A stretch of DNA of 64,000 bases. It comes from Massalongia carnosa. Taxonomy: Eukaryota. The stretch lies in assembly GCA_965645245.1 (NCBI GenBank), contig OZ287087.1, positions 124,001-188,000 on the forward strand, given 5' to 3'. A program made the position numbers and the translations under genes. Positions within the stretch are counted from its first letter, which is position 1, and every line of letters starts with the position of its first letter. Positions 11,904-23,435 of this stretch are shown one piece after another. Below the pieces are notes generated by a model that saw only the letters and a program-made list of their open reading frames with translations, did not search any database and had not been told where the DNA came from.

Positions 11904-12390
11904 TGTCATGGAATTACCTCACACCCTCCCACGTTTCCTGATCGGGTTAGTATTTAACAGGCTCTCTTGCCGTGAAACCTGCCCTGCATGTTGAATAGAA
12001 CCGTGGCTCGTTATTCCGAACTATCCTGAAAACCTCACCCCATGTGTTCAGACCTTCTTCCGCTGCCTTCAGTGCACTCCCAAACTCCTACATCCGAATC
12101 CAATCTCAACGTCTCCACTATCCAAGCCTACGACTGGGATTGCCCAGCAGAGAGAGATTGCTTCGGCATGGAGAAAGGCGGAACAGGTCAAAGCGATCAT
12201 GGTTAGGAAATTAGAACGAACAGAGATGAGGGCAAGTCAAGAATAGGGGAGTTGGAAGCCATGGCTATAAAAGCTATGTGGTTTCTCAGGTGTTTGGAGC
12301 TCTTCGTCGGACGTCTTGTATACTATCCCTAGACCTAGCTTTCTAATAGTAACTCTTGCATATCTCCCTATCTGGACCTTGTCCGTGACA
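11904..12390 (+). repeat. Solo LTR (Gypsy-type)
   Basis: TGTCA...TGACA flanked by TSD CAACT (11899-11903, 12391-12395). Confidence 0.9.
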
Positions 12391-12408
12391 CAACTCAATT
12401 AATTCATT

Positions 12409-12815
12409 ATGAACTCAGCAGACGAACTGCCCAAAGAGGAGCGCATTCAGCTTGCTATTGCTGCTTATAGAGAGTCATTTAATGACTGGGAAGCCGGTCC
12501 CAAAGCTTTCGAAGACAAGCCATCCGTTCGAAAAATCGCCCGTAAGCATGGTATCATTCATTCCACCCTTACTAGACGACTTGCAGAAACGAAAACTCAT
12601 AAAGAAGCTGCTCTATTGCAGCAGCGATTACTTCCGGAGGAGGAATCCGCTCTCGTGGACTGGACAATACAAATGGAGGCATGGGGCTGGCCTCCTCGTG
12701 TAACACAACTTCACTTTATGGCGTTAGAAATGCTGATAAAGCGAGACGATCGCAACGATTTGGGTATCAATTGGGTGAGCAAATTTTTATCCCGTCATAA
12801 AGAGTTGGATACTGT
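12409..12815 (+). pseudogene. pogo/Fot1 transposase 5' fragment
   Basis: HTH region SVRKIARKHGIIHSTLTRRL and CENP-B-like HTH LLPEEESALVDW...GWPP...GINWVSKFLSRH. Cut by an LTR at 12816. Confidence 0.85.
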
Positions 12816-13148
12816 TGTAATGTGCAAAGTCACCCGGCTGATGCCTAGTAAAGTGTTCAGAGTCACATAGTACCGCATTGGGATTAGTGCGTTGGTAAGA
12901 ACATTAGGCAACACATAACGACCTCGAGAAGCACCGCAAAACTTCTATGAACATTCCCATCGAGTCATAAATTGGATATGAGTCAATCACCAATCTTAGA
13001 TTTCTAGGAAGCAGGAAGGTGAGTCATAGGGAGAACGGTTTTCGGCATGTTTTTCTATCTATATAAACACGGTCCTTAGATAGGTAGATAGAAAGATCAA
13101 TCGTTTCAAAAGTGAGCTTTTTACTATGCCAGCAGAGCTTCAATTACA
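12816..13148 (+). repeat. Solo LTR with non-matching flanks
   Basis: TGTAA...TTACA with an internal TATATAAAA. Flanks ACTGT and ATAGA differ and belong to different elements. Confidence 0.65.
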
Positions 13149-15769
13149 ATAGAGAGCAAACACCTCGTGACTCTTTTTTCGTCCGAGATAGTTGAAGTTG
13201 AGGGCGCCGATTTCACAGACGTCCAAAACAGGAGGATTGCGATTCTGCTGGGCAGCATGTCGCTGAGTGGAGGTGCGATACAAAGAGGGACTTCGATATC
13301 GGATTTTCGGTGAGTCGCCCTGTTCAATCGCTTTTTCGATACGACTGATGTCCTGATTTTCGAGAGAATTGTCTTACTATCGCGCGGCGTGGTTTTATCG
13401 GACAGGACAGGTTTTCCGGACAGGATTTGACTATTGGACGAGTAGTTTTCCGATTCCCATACTTCCTGACTTTCCGCAGGAGATAGGAATTTCTCGCCCG
13501 TGTAGGCCTTCACCTTGACTGGATGAGGGCTACAATGAGCCAGGCAGAAAGAGGAAGACAGGGAGAGAGAGTTGGACTCGAAATCAGCGAGAGCTTGATG
13601 TCGTCGCAACCACGGGTGTCCCAGGACGATTGGGTAGGTTTTCAGTCCTGTTACGAAAAGGAATAATCTTTCTACATGTCCGTTTAAGTCCATGATTACC
13701 TCGGCCACATGAGAGATATTTCCAGTCAGAGCCGGCTGACCGTCGAAGCATTCAAGGCGTCGGGCGTATTTGAGGGGATGAAGGGGGATTTAGTGAGTTT
13801 GCGCAAACTTCTTGTCAATGAATGCATAGCCAGATGCACCACAATCAATCAGATTGAGAGCTTGAATTCGAAATCTACCTAAACGTAAGATACATGATAC
13901 CACTAGGTGGCTATCTCGAAACGCTTCTTCGGTTTCAAACAGCTCCAAAGCGGAGGCTGCGGAAAAACGAGTGTTTGATTGAAGGGGGGGAGAAAACGAG
14001 TTGGCTAACAGACAAGAAGAAATTAAAATAGGGCTCTGCGCGCGACGATGCGCAGAGTCTAGACGTTTCCCGAGTCGTTAGTCTCGGGAGTGAGGGTCGA
14101 GACGACTTCCATGTTGCGAAGGCGTTTGGTAGGCTTATTTGGACAGTCGGAGGCCGACCCGAGGTGTTGCAATTTGCAATAGAAGCACAGGTTCCAATTC
14201 TCGCAGATCTTCCTTACTCCCTCGGTTTTCAACGACTGACCTTTGACAGCCGCCATGGCCTGACTTAGGTCCATGGGGTCTCCAGCTGGGGGGAAGGCGG
14301 GGGTTGGGATCAATGGGGTGACCGTGCCCGTGACGACAGCGCGGGGGAAAGGGGCAGCAGGAAGGTTAGTGCCGTTTCTTCGATTGGCGGGAGCTGATGT
14401 GGCCGGAGTCGTGGCCTTGGGTACCAGATGACGGATCTGACGGATTTTCCGGTCCGTGCTTAACCACATTGCGACGTGCTCGTCGAAGGTGATTGGCTCC
14501 AGATTGGTGCCGGGGACTCGGTAGTGGACGGCCGCGGTTTGAACGGAGTAGTTGATGTTTGCCTTCATGGCATCAATCAACGAAGCGTCTTCCATTCTGG
14601 ATCGGTCTTTTTTCTGAGAGAAGAGAGTGTTGTACTCTTCGAAACTCAGAGAGCCCTGCTTGAGGGTTTCTCGAAGGTACTTACGGGCATCCTCTTGTTC
14701 GAAGGGGTTGCCGCAGGCTAGGCGAAGAGCAGAACGCCATTCGGAGAAGGTGGTGAGTCTACAAATGCCATCCACTCGATACGCATTCATAAGGTTGTGA
14801 GCTCGTTTCCCGATGGTGGGCGATTCTCCGCGTATGCAATCTTGGAGGCATCGGTGGAGTATCGATCATGATTAACGTGCATCCGTTGAATCAGGCTCTG
14901 TTCCCAGGAGTCCAACTTGGCTTCATCTCCATCGTACTCGGAGATGTCGGGAAGTTTTTCGGAACGAAGATCGGTTTTGGACTCGGAATTCCGGGTCAAA
15001 AGGAGCTGCAGGAGGGCAGCTATCTGAGGGTCCATTGCCGGAACGGACGAGGGAGACGAGGTTGATGCTGGAGTGGGTATAGGGGGGTCGGGAGCTGGGG
15101 CGGCCTGCAACCGGGCCACCTCGTCTTGAAGTCGTCGTATTTCCGCGACGAATGCTTCAGGATTGGTTTGGAACTGGTTTTGAAACAACTTCACGTTCTC
15201 GTCGATGAGAGGATTTTGGGGGACGGTCATCTCTTCTGAAGACGAAGACATGATGGTGGAATATGAGGGGGGACAGGGGCTAGTGCTATGAAAGGCACCT
15301 TTCGATGTAGGTCCGACGTAATGTCAAGGACTGGGCAGGGGATTGAACTAATGTTCCTAGGAATTGGATTGGGTGATCAAGATGTCTTTATTAATAAGGC
15401 TATAGCTAGGTGATGGATTGCTATACAAGACGTCGGACAAGGAGTCAACTATCTAATTAACTTGTCCTTCCTTTTATATTTGTCTCGAACCCCTTTGCAT
15501 GAAGATTCGATCAGTGTTCATCTCCCCCTATTAGGAGACGTACGGCACGAAGGTTTGACGAGGTGTTTGACGATAAAAGGTGGAGATGAGGTTCTCCTGT
15601 CGTTGGTACGCTTTGATGGTGATGGTACAACTTTGACCTGAAGCCGTTGAGAGGGGTCTACTCTCGATTTAGTTAATGAGATTCTGACTAAGCTGAATAG
15701 AGGAACGGGAGCTTAGTCAGATTCATCTGCGGGATTGATTCTGGATCGGGTTGGTTCGATTTCATGACA
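13149..15769 (-). mobile_element. Second Ty3/Gypsy element, 3'-truncated (5' LTR, frameshifted gag, protease)
   Basis: 5' LTR at 15322-15769 is related to the solo LTR at 62377-62815. Gag is in ORFs 14787-15251 and 14059-14790 with knuckle CFYCKLQHLGSASDC. G_GGA_AAC plus a hairpin at 14034-14071. Protease motifs LIDCGASG and IVLGHPWL. Confidence 0.9.
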
Positions 15770-17936
15770 CGAAGACTGAACCATGTCGACTTGCCCATTT
15801 TTCACATTTTTTGTGAATTACATCTAGCGTCTTGCAATTTTCTTCGGTGCTCTTTCCGTATGCTAGCTCATTGATGTCATCTACGAAGCCTAGAGCACTC
15901 GTGTTGCTGCCTAGTCTTTCACATATGTCTAGTAGGTCTGCATTGTAGAACAGATAAAGAATAGGAGAAATAGGGGAGTCTTGTGGGATTCCGGTTTTTA
16001 CATCGAATATACCCGTGACTCGGCTGTGAATCGCCAGGGTAGTGCTCTTTCATTCAGAAAACTGTTCACCCAGGCAGTGATCCATTTTGGGATTTTCCTT
16101 TTGCGAAGATTGTGAATCAGTCTTCGATGTGTCACTGTGTCATAGGCTCCTGCTACGTCCATGCTCAATAATGTGGCTACTTTGTCTGTGCCTTGGCCCC
16201 ACACTGTGTGAATATATTCAGTCAACAATTCTAGTGCAGATTCGGTTGATCTTCCTCGTCTGGCGCCCATCTAGGTGTCGGGCAGGAGTCGGTGGGTTTC
16301 CGCTAGATGGGTTATTTTTTGTGACATGATGGATTCCATTACTTTTCCAAGCGTGTTTAGGAGTGCTATAGGTCGATAGGCGTTCGGGCCGAATAGTCAT
16401 CCTTGCCTGTTTCTTGAGCGTGATTGTGTTGGCGGTTTTGAATGCACGAGGATGATATGCTTGTTCTACACATGCTTGAAACAGTAGGGTGAGTAATTCG
16501 ACTAGCTTTTCCGAGCATGCCTTTACAATTCTGTTGGCTATTCCGTCCGGAGCCGGGGCCGTATCGGGCTTGAGTCGGCGTATGGCTTCCATCACCTCTG
16601 ATTTGGTTATGATCATTGGACATTGTGGCTGGCTGGGGTAAAATGAAACCCTCTATGTCGCTGAGGTCGGCCGGAGGGGCGGGTGGAAAGAATTTCTGTT
16701 TTAGCATGTCTGATTTCTCCTCGAACGTCTCTGCTACTTGGTCGTCTCGAACGAGATTGGGCATTTTGGGAATTTCTCTTGTCTGGTCACTTTTGTCTTT
16801 CGCCCATTTGGCTAGTCGCCAGAGAACAGTCGGCGATTCTGTGGCTTTTTCTATTTCCTTGCGGAACGACAGTCTTTTAGCCTTTTGAATGATTTTTTGT
16901 TTTCTGTGATTGGATTTTGTGTATGTTATCCAATCAGAAATGTCTTTGGAATTGGACAAGACACGTCTGAGCCTACGAGTTTCTTTCGTGATCACACTGC
17001 ATTCATTATTCCAAAAGGGTTTGGCGTACTTACTGGGTCTAGCCCAAGGTACAGAGGTTTCTATCACTCCTTGAAGAAATTTTTGAATTGACACGGTGTA
17101 AGCATCGATTTCGGCGGGGAATCGGGGGGTCTTCGGGGGGGGCGCCCTCTTTTCCGCTTCTCTCAGTTTTCTCATGTTCGTCAGTTTCCAGGCCCTGCGT
17201 TCTCTGATTGTTTGAACCTCACTGTTCAGCGCAATTCGGGTGGAGATCGGAATGTGATCGGACGACTGATTGAGTTCCGGTCTTGACATGCAATGTTCTA
17301 GTCTATCCGTTAATTCTTCTGACATGAATACAAGATCGATTGTGCTAGACGATTGTCTAGCCTCCCATGTAATGGTGCCTTTTGGAAGCGTTAGTGATAG
17401 ATTTGCCTCTTCAATTATGTTCAGTAATTTTTCCGACTCCGCATGTTGAGTAGGCCTCGACGAATGATTCCACAATGGATAATGTAGGTTGAAGTCGCCC
17501 AGTAAAATGTGTTTTGTCTCTGCAATTAATTGGCGTTTTACTGTTGCTAGCGTGGACGGACTGTCTATAGAAGAATAGGAAATGGGAGAGGGATTATACA
17601 CATTGTGGATATGGATCAGGTCTGATGTGTTTCCAATTTTCATTCGAATTTTTAGGGTGCACATGTCGGCCGACGGATACTCTACTTCCCAGCTATTAGG
17701 GTCAATAGTATCATTTATGTAGAAACACACTCTGGTGTCTCCATTTGGGCGATATAATAAATGAAACCTACTTTGATGAGAGCTTAACGTGGTAGGAATA
17801 GATAGATTGCGCCAGGGTTCCTGAATTGCGATAATGTCATAGTCCTGGGTGTTCGGATCGGCTAAGAGAGGTAACATTGTACTCACTCTGTCATTTCTGA
17901 CATTGTACTGCAATATGGAGAGAGATTTCGTGTCCC
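15770..17936 (-). pseudogene. LINE ORF2 (APE endonuclease plus RT), frameshifted and 3'-truncated by a Gypsy LTR
   Basis: Endonuclease motifs QYNV, IQEPW, LLGDFNLH and SDH. RT motifs APAPDGI, LSMDVAGAYD, GIPQDSPISP and GFVDD. Confidence 0.92.
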
Positions 17937-19409
17937 TTATAGGACGTCCATTGATTCGGCCTGGGAGGTCGAGGGGTCGTTGGTGGTGTTGTTTGCTCTG
18001 ATTATCGCCGGGGAAGTAGATACAGCTCGGTGTCTGAGTGGGGGTCTACCTACAACTGGTTTTGCAAGGGCCTTTGTCATGTTTTCTGGATTCATGATGC
18101 CCGTGTCAGCCCAGGATGTTCCCGTTCGTGGGGGATTCGGGGGGGTATCGGAGGGGGGCGCGGTTTTCCTCTTTTTGCTGTTTGTGCTGCCAAGGACCGG
18201 GTTGATGTTTTCGCTCTGGAACCTGAACGGGGCCGGTACGGGGGCGACTACTGGGTAGAATGGGACCCGTTTTTGCATGGCCCTCTCTGCTTTGCGTTTT
18301 TCGACTTTCCTGATTTCGTAGGATGTTGACCAGGCTTCGTCTCCCTTTTCACTGCAAGCCGCACATCTTCGATATCTACCTGTTGTTTCCATGTTGCATT
18401 CGGTGCTAGGATGAGCCCCAGCACAGTGACCGCAGGCGGTGGGGTTGGGACATGATCGACCTATATGACCATATTTGTGACAATTAACACATTGCGTCAT
18501 GGTGCATCCCTTTGTGAATCTTTCACAGTCTTTGATTTTATAGTCGATTATGAGACCCTCGGCTATGACCCAATTGGCCGTTTCGGCGGTGGCCACTTCC
18601 ATATGTAGCGTGGAGAACGCCTTCTTTTCCCTTATAGCCCTGGTGGACCAGGCTATTTTCTTTATCTGCAGGTCTGGGTGCAGGCGTGCGTTAGCGGTCT
18701 GCAGGTACCCTATGGCCTGCGATTGGTTGGCGGTTTTGATGTGTTCCATCTTGACACCATTTACTCTGACCGGGTATTTCCGTGTCTTAATCGCCGCTGA
18801 GTCGGCTATTTTTCGGGTCCATTCCGACTTTTCTTGTAGAGTCTTTTTGACTTCTAGTGATTCAGTGTGAATTTTGAGATCTCCGCTAATGAGTCGCGAT
18901 ACTCCCCGAATCCCCTCCGTTTCTGCTTGTAGTGTCTCCACGAGATCTTTTGTGGGCATGTTCTTTATTTTTTCCTTGTCGCTTGCGCTGGAAATGACTA
19001 CGGTCATTGCTCTGGCCTGACGAACTTCTTGTGGTGAGGGTTCGGTTTGTTTTGAAAAAGTGATTGGCTTGGTGCGGCGGGGAATCGGGGGGGCCTCGGA
19101 GGCTTGACCTCTGGTGGCGGCTGCGGAATAGCTGTTTGTGGTTGTTGTGGCTGTCTTAGCACTTTCGATACGGGCTAGACTTCTTTGTATTTCAGTCAGG
19201 GTGTCGTGAATGGGCTTCGGTATGTTTTCGTTGTCGTTGTCGATGCTTCTCTGATTATCGAGAAAAATTTTCACCTCCTCTAGAATCCCTGTTCCCTCCG
19301 GTTTCCCTCCGTCTCCTATGCCTATCAGATAGTCATCTATCTTGTACAGCAGTTGATCTCTCTGCTCCGCGTGCGCGATCACGAACGTGTTTTCGAGTTG
19401 AATGTTCAT
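17937..19409 (-). CDS. LINE (Tad1-like) ORF1, 490 aa
   Basis: Tandem zinc knuckles CVNCHKYGHIGRSC and CGHCAGAHPSTEC plus a degenerate third. It abuts an endonuclease-RT ORF2. Confidence 0.9.
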   Translation of the reverse strand: MNIQLENTFVIAHAEQRDQLLYKIDDYLIGIGDGGKPEGTGILEEVKIFLDNQRSIDNDNENIPKPIHDTLTEIQRSLARIESAKTATTTTNSYSAAATRGQASEAPPIPRRTKPITFSKQTEPSPQEVRQARAMTVVISSASDKEKIKNMPTKDLVETLQAETEGIRGVSRLISGDLKIHTESLEVKKTLQEKSEWTRKIADSAAIKTRKYPVRVNGVKMEHIKTANQSQAIGYLQTANARLHPDLQIKKIAWSTRAIREKKAFSTLHMEVATAETANWVIAEGLIIDYKIKDCERFTKGCTMTQCVNCHKYGHIGRSCPNPTACGHCAGAHPSTECNMETTGRYRRCAACSEKGDEAWSTSYEIRKVEKRKAERAMQKRVPFYPVVAPVPAPFRFQSENINPVLGSTNSKKRKTAPPSDTPPNPPRTGTSWADTGIMNPENMTKALAKPVVGRPPLRHRAVSTSPAIIRANNTTNDPSTSQAESMDVL

Positions 19410-19614
19410 CGCGTCCTCCGTATCTGGTGATGTTTTTCGCGATAGTTTCTATATAAATGTGATCATATGTCTATTCAACAAATCACTAGTTGATCTATGT
19501 CTGACTGGATGAAATCTCTTCACGTCAAGGTCATTCTTCAGCCTTGGCGAACTGCTATTTGACAGCTTTTGGGATTCGTATTTAACAAGAAAAGGATAGT
19601 ATCAAAGACATAAA

Positions 19615-20051
19615 GTATTTGAATGTACAACCAACGTAAACCTACAATCAAATAGGCTTGGCTTACATCACGTAGCAGAAGGTCACCTATATTTTTATTA
19701 GCAAGAGTGAAAAATGGTAATCCGTAGCTGGTTTAGATCACCCAGCCTTCCTAAAAGAGAGTTATCCCTAAGCGGTCCCATCAGCCTAAGTGTGCTCCCG
19801 AAGAAGCTTACTCAGGCCAATCAGCCCCGGTTCTGACTCCCTCCCGGTGCAAGTCCACTGTTAAAATCTAGCGTGTGTCTCCCCCATCTCCTCATAGGGT
19901 TGGTGGTATCATTATAGCTGGCCTTCACAGGTCAGGGTCAGTCGCCCGAAACTCTCCGGCACGAGTCCAAGGAAACGTTCTCGAGGGTAGCTGATGCCGA
20001 GTAGATTCAGGACAGACCCAATCTAGCAGACCCCTCGGAAAGTTCTACTGC
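19615..20051 (-). repeat. Non-coding dispersed repeat, possibly SINE-like
   Basis: 19998-20051 matches the reverse complement of 23979-24032. No ORF. It ends ...GTACATTCAAATAC on the minus strand. Confidence 0.35.
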
Positions 20052-23000
20052 TTATTAGGACTAGCTTAAGCCTCACCCTCACACTAAATTAATAGTCCAT
20101 CTACTAATGCAATGTCCCCCCCGCAAGCTTCATATACCTAGCTGATAAGCCGAAAAGATCGTTATATCCAGATTGACTGTATGAAAAAGTCACACCTATT
20201 ACACTCTACTATTTCATTAATATTATAATACAACTCATTGCGATGACCTCAACTCTGAAAACTCATCAATCAGTTGCGAAACATCCTCCTTTCTAGGCTT
20301 CAGAGTCCTAGCAATCTTCATAGCTGCCGCCTGCTTCTTCGCCTCGGCCCTAGCCTGTTTATCTGCTTGCTCAGCCCTTTGCTGAGACTCCAACTCCAAC
20401 AGAGCCTTTGATTTTTTGGCTACACCCGGAGACCTTCGCGTTGTGGCAGACGAAGTAGGAGGCAACTGAGGTTTTGACTAAGACTATATAGGGACGGGGC
20501 CGTTTGAGATGAGACTTTTTGGCTATGTTTCGCCAGCACTTCATCAATATCTTCAAACGAATCGGAAGACGTTGAAGATGCATCGTTGTCATTCGAAGGA
20601 AGTGTGAGACTTGTAGAAGGATCGGGAATCGGCTGAGTGTCTACATAATGCAGGTCATCGTCGTCGGAGACGATGACCGCATCTTCAGTCAAATCTACTA
20701 CATCATATGTTAGCCGCGCTGCGTCGATTTGCTTATATCGTAGGTTTTTACCATCGCTAATCACACTCTCGTTTTCATCGCTTTCACGCAGTTTATCATG
20801 CCGTCGCCTTCTCCCTTGTTCAATCGAGTCCTTACGTCTAGCACGTCGCTGATTGGCCTCATCTGCCTCAGCTGCCTCGCGGCCAGTGTAAGCACGGCGA
20901 CGACTTCCTCCCTTTTTCCATCTGAGGTTTTCCTTCGGTCGGATTTCATCAGGGAAAGTTGTTGGGATAAGAGATCCAGCCGACTCCCTTTCCAGCCATT
21001 GTTGATTGAATTTGGCGCTGTTTGCTACGTATGCTCGAGCATACTCCTCATCTCGATGTGATTTTTCCATTGATTTGTGCAAATCCATTGACTCAAATGC
21101 TGCAGATTGCATCATATCAACTCCACCGCGGCGATATCTATCACCGTCCTTCTTCACTTCTCCCCCTTCGCCTTTCCTTCTTCTCACCTCCTACTCATCC
21201 TCCTCTTCCATCTCCTCCTCATCCTCTTCCATCTCATCCTCACCCTCCCCCCATACCTCCTCCTTTTCATCTTCCTTATCCTCTTCTGGCTCCGCACCTC
21301 CCTCTCCCGCAGCGTTTCTAAGCATGTCTTCAAAGCTTAAGGCAGAATCGAAAGTCATTCGCCACGAGAAAACAGCAGGCGGACCATCGAAAAACCAGCG
21401 AGGATGAATGAGAGAGATGGGGATGGGAATGACGTCAACGACGCAAGAATACAACCAACACTTGCACGGGAGACCAAATCGCAAAGGCAGTTGACAATCA
21501 TATACACAACTCTCGCCTGTTAGTTCAATTGGTGAGGTCAATTCTGAATAGACTCGCTGATTAAACTCTTCAGCTAGCTTTTTGGCCCCATCCAACTCTC
21601 TGGAGACGAGGTCAATAACTTGATGAGTTATTTTTCCCGTGAGATGTCTGAATGCAAACCTATCCATCAATCGAGGATTATTGATTCGTTGCTGATTGAT
21701 CATGGTTTCATATTCAATCTGCTTCTCCTCAACCTCATCACAGATTTTCTGAACGGATTTTCTCATGGGAGTATGCCTATTGGTCACACTTTTGATCATA
21801 GGATGTAGGCCTTCAACCCGCTGAGTACTATTCGCACCTAAATTAGGGAGTTGATTGGTATGCGCGTGCACAAAGTGAGCTTCCTGGCGTTTATAAAATT
21901 TTATAAGATAATCCTGCAAATAAAAACATATCTATAGCCGTAGTCCTCGCGAAAATTAATCCTAACTCTAACTCAATCAGGTTTAACCTCAGGGTTAAAC
22001 CTCAAGTTCTACACATCAACATACCTTTTCTGAATCTTGCAGTTTGTTCAACAACGTCCTCCTTCTTTCATTCAATTGTTCGATAGTAGGAGACTTTATC
22101 CATGCCCAGATCAACGCCATCAATTCTTTCTGAATCTCTACTGGATAGGTCCCCGCCTTGATGAGTCGTTTCTTAATGGCTTCGGCTGCATGCCAGGTGC
22201 AAAGCTGCAAAGCGCAGTCATAACCGCCCGCGATCATCGATTGAGAGACTTGCCATGCCATGCCCAATGCAGCGTCAGCATCTACTGCTTGAAGCCTTTT
22301 TCTCTGCATCGCCGCCGATAACCCAGCTGCAAAGTCTCCAAGTATGACCCTAGGACCAGGGCATTCGTCATGAAAGATCAAGTCCTTCATACAATCAAGT
22401 AGAAAAGTGAAGCATTCCGCCGATTCGGAAGTTATATAACAGTAGGCCACGGGGAAGGTAAGTCCTGTATTAGTGACTCCAACTACAACGGACAGAGGCA
22501 AGTTCAATTTGTTAGTATTGAATGTTGCATCCGTTTCGATCAAAAACCCACTGACGAAACGTCTGGCTAATCTGATTTGCTCTTTATTGCAGAAGAAAAA
22601 TAACTCCACAACACGTCGCTGCCGTATGTTGTTTTCAGCTATATATTTCTCCAAACAGCGCACGTGAAACCCTCCCTCTTTCAAGCATCCAAGTGTGTAA
22701 TCCATTTCCTCTGCGGGTGTATGACTCCCTTCAGATCGAACTAGGTTATAATAATCATTCTTCGAAAGACGAAGTCCCCGAACACGCAAAGTTCTTGAGG
22801 CTTGGGTATATTTAGTACATGAATCGCGAAGACCTTTCGCATGGTCTAGGGTTTCTGCTCGGTCGGGGTCCCTATTATGATGTTCTTTGAAACTGAAAGG
22901 GTCATTGGCCATGGAATGATTGTGTACGGGGTTGGTGAGTGCTAAGCTCCAGATCTCATCTTTTTTTTCTCTCAGGCGGACTCTATATTTGCAGTTATTG

Positions 23001-23435
23001 AACGAAACTTTCGTACTCTTTCGTTGGCGGTCTGTCTCAGCCAGTTTTCTGGTGTTTCTCTCTTTTCGATGGTGACGTGTGCATTCTAATAACATGACTC
23101 CCCGTGTTTTCTGAAAAGATTCTATGACTATCGCGAACCCCTGGGTAAGCACAGTCCTGAAGGCGAGCCTTTCCCTCCTCCCAGCTAGCGAAACCTTCTC
23201 CCTCTTGAGGGGGGAGACAATGGGCTGGAGGGAGAAGGGCCTTGGCCTTTCCAATTTTCTGATCTAGGGAAAATAAGGCGGAGGCCATGACTGAGAGAAA
23301 GAATATAATCGAAAAGATGATAAACGTTGGGCATATGAGATGATTACCCCTCATCAAATAATTGCGGGGGGACGTTGCATTAGTAGATGGACTGTTAATT
23401 TAGTGTGAGGGTGAGGCTTAAGCTAGTCCTAATAA
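20052..23435 (-). mobile_element. Mutator (MULE) element with ~75-bp TIRs and a pseudogenised transposase
   Basis: TIRs at 20052-20126 and 23362-23435. Motifs ETDATFNTNKLNLPL, LQLCTWH and GLPCKC. In-frame intron at 21914-22024, frameshift near 23150 and premature TAG at 21191-21193. Confidence 0.92.
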
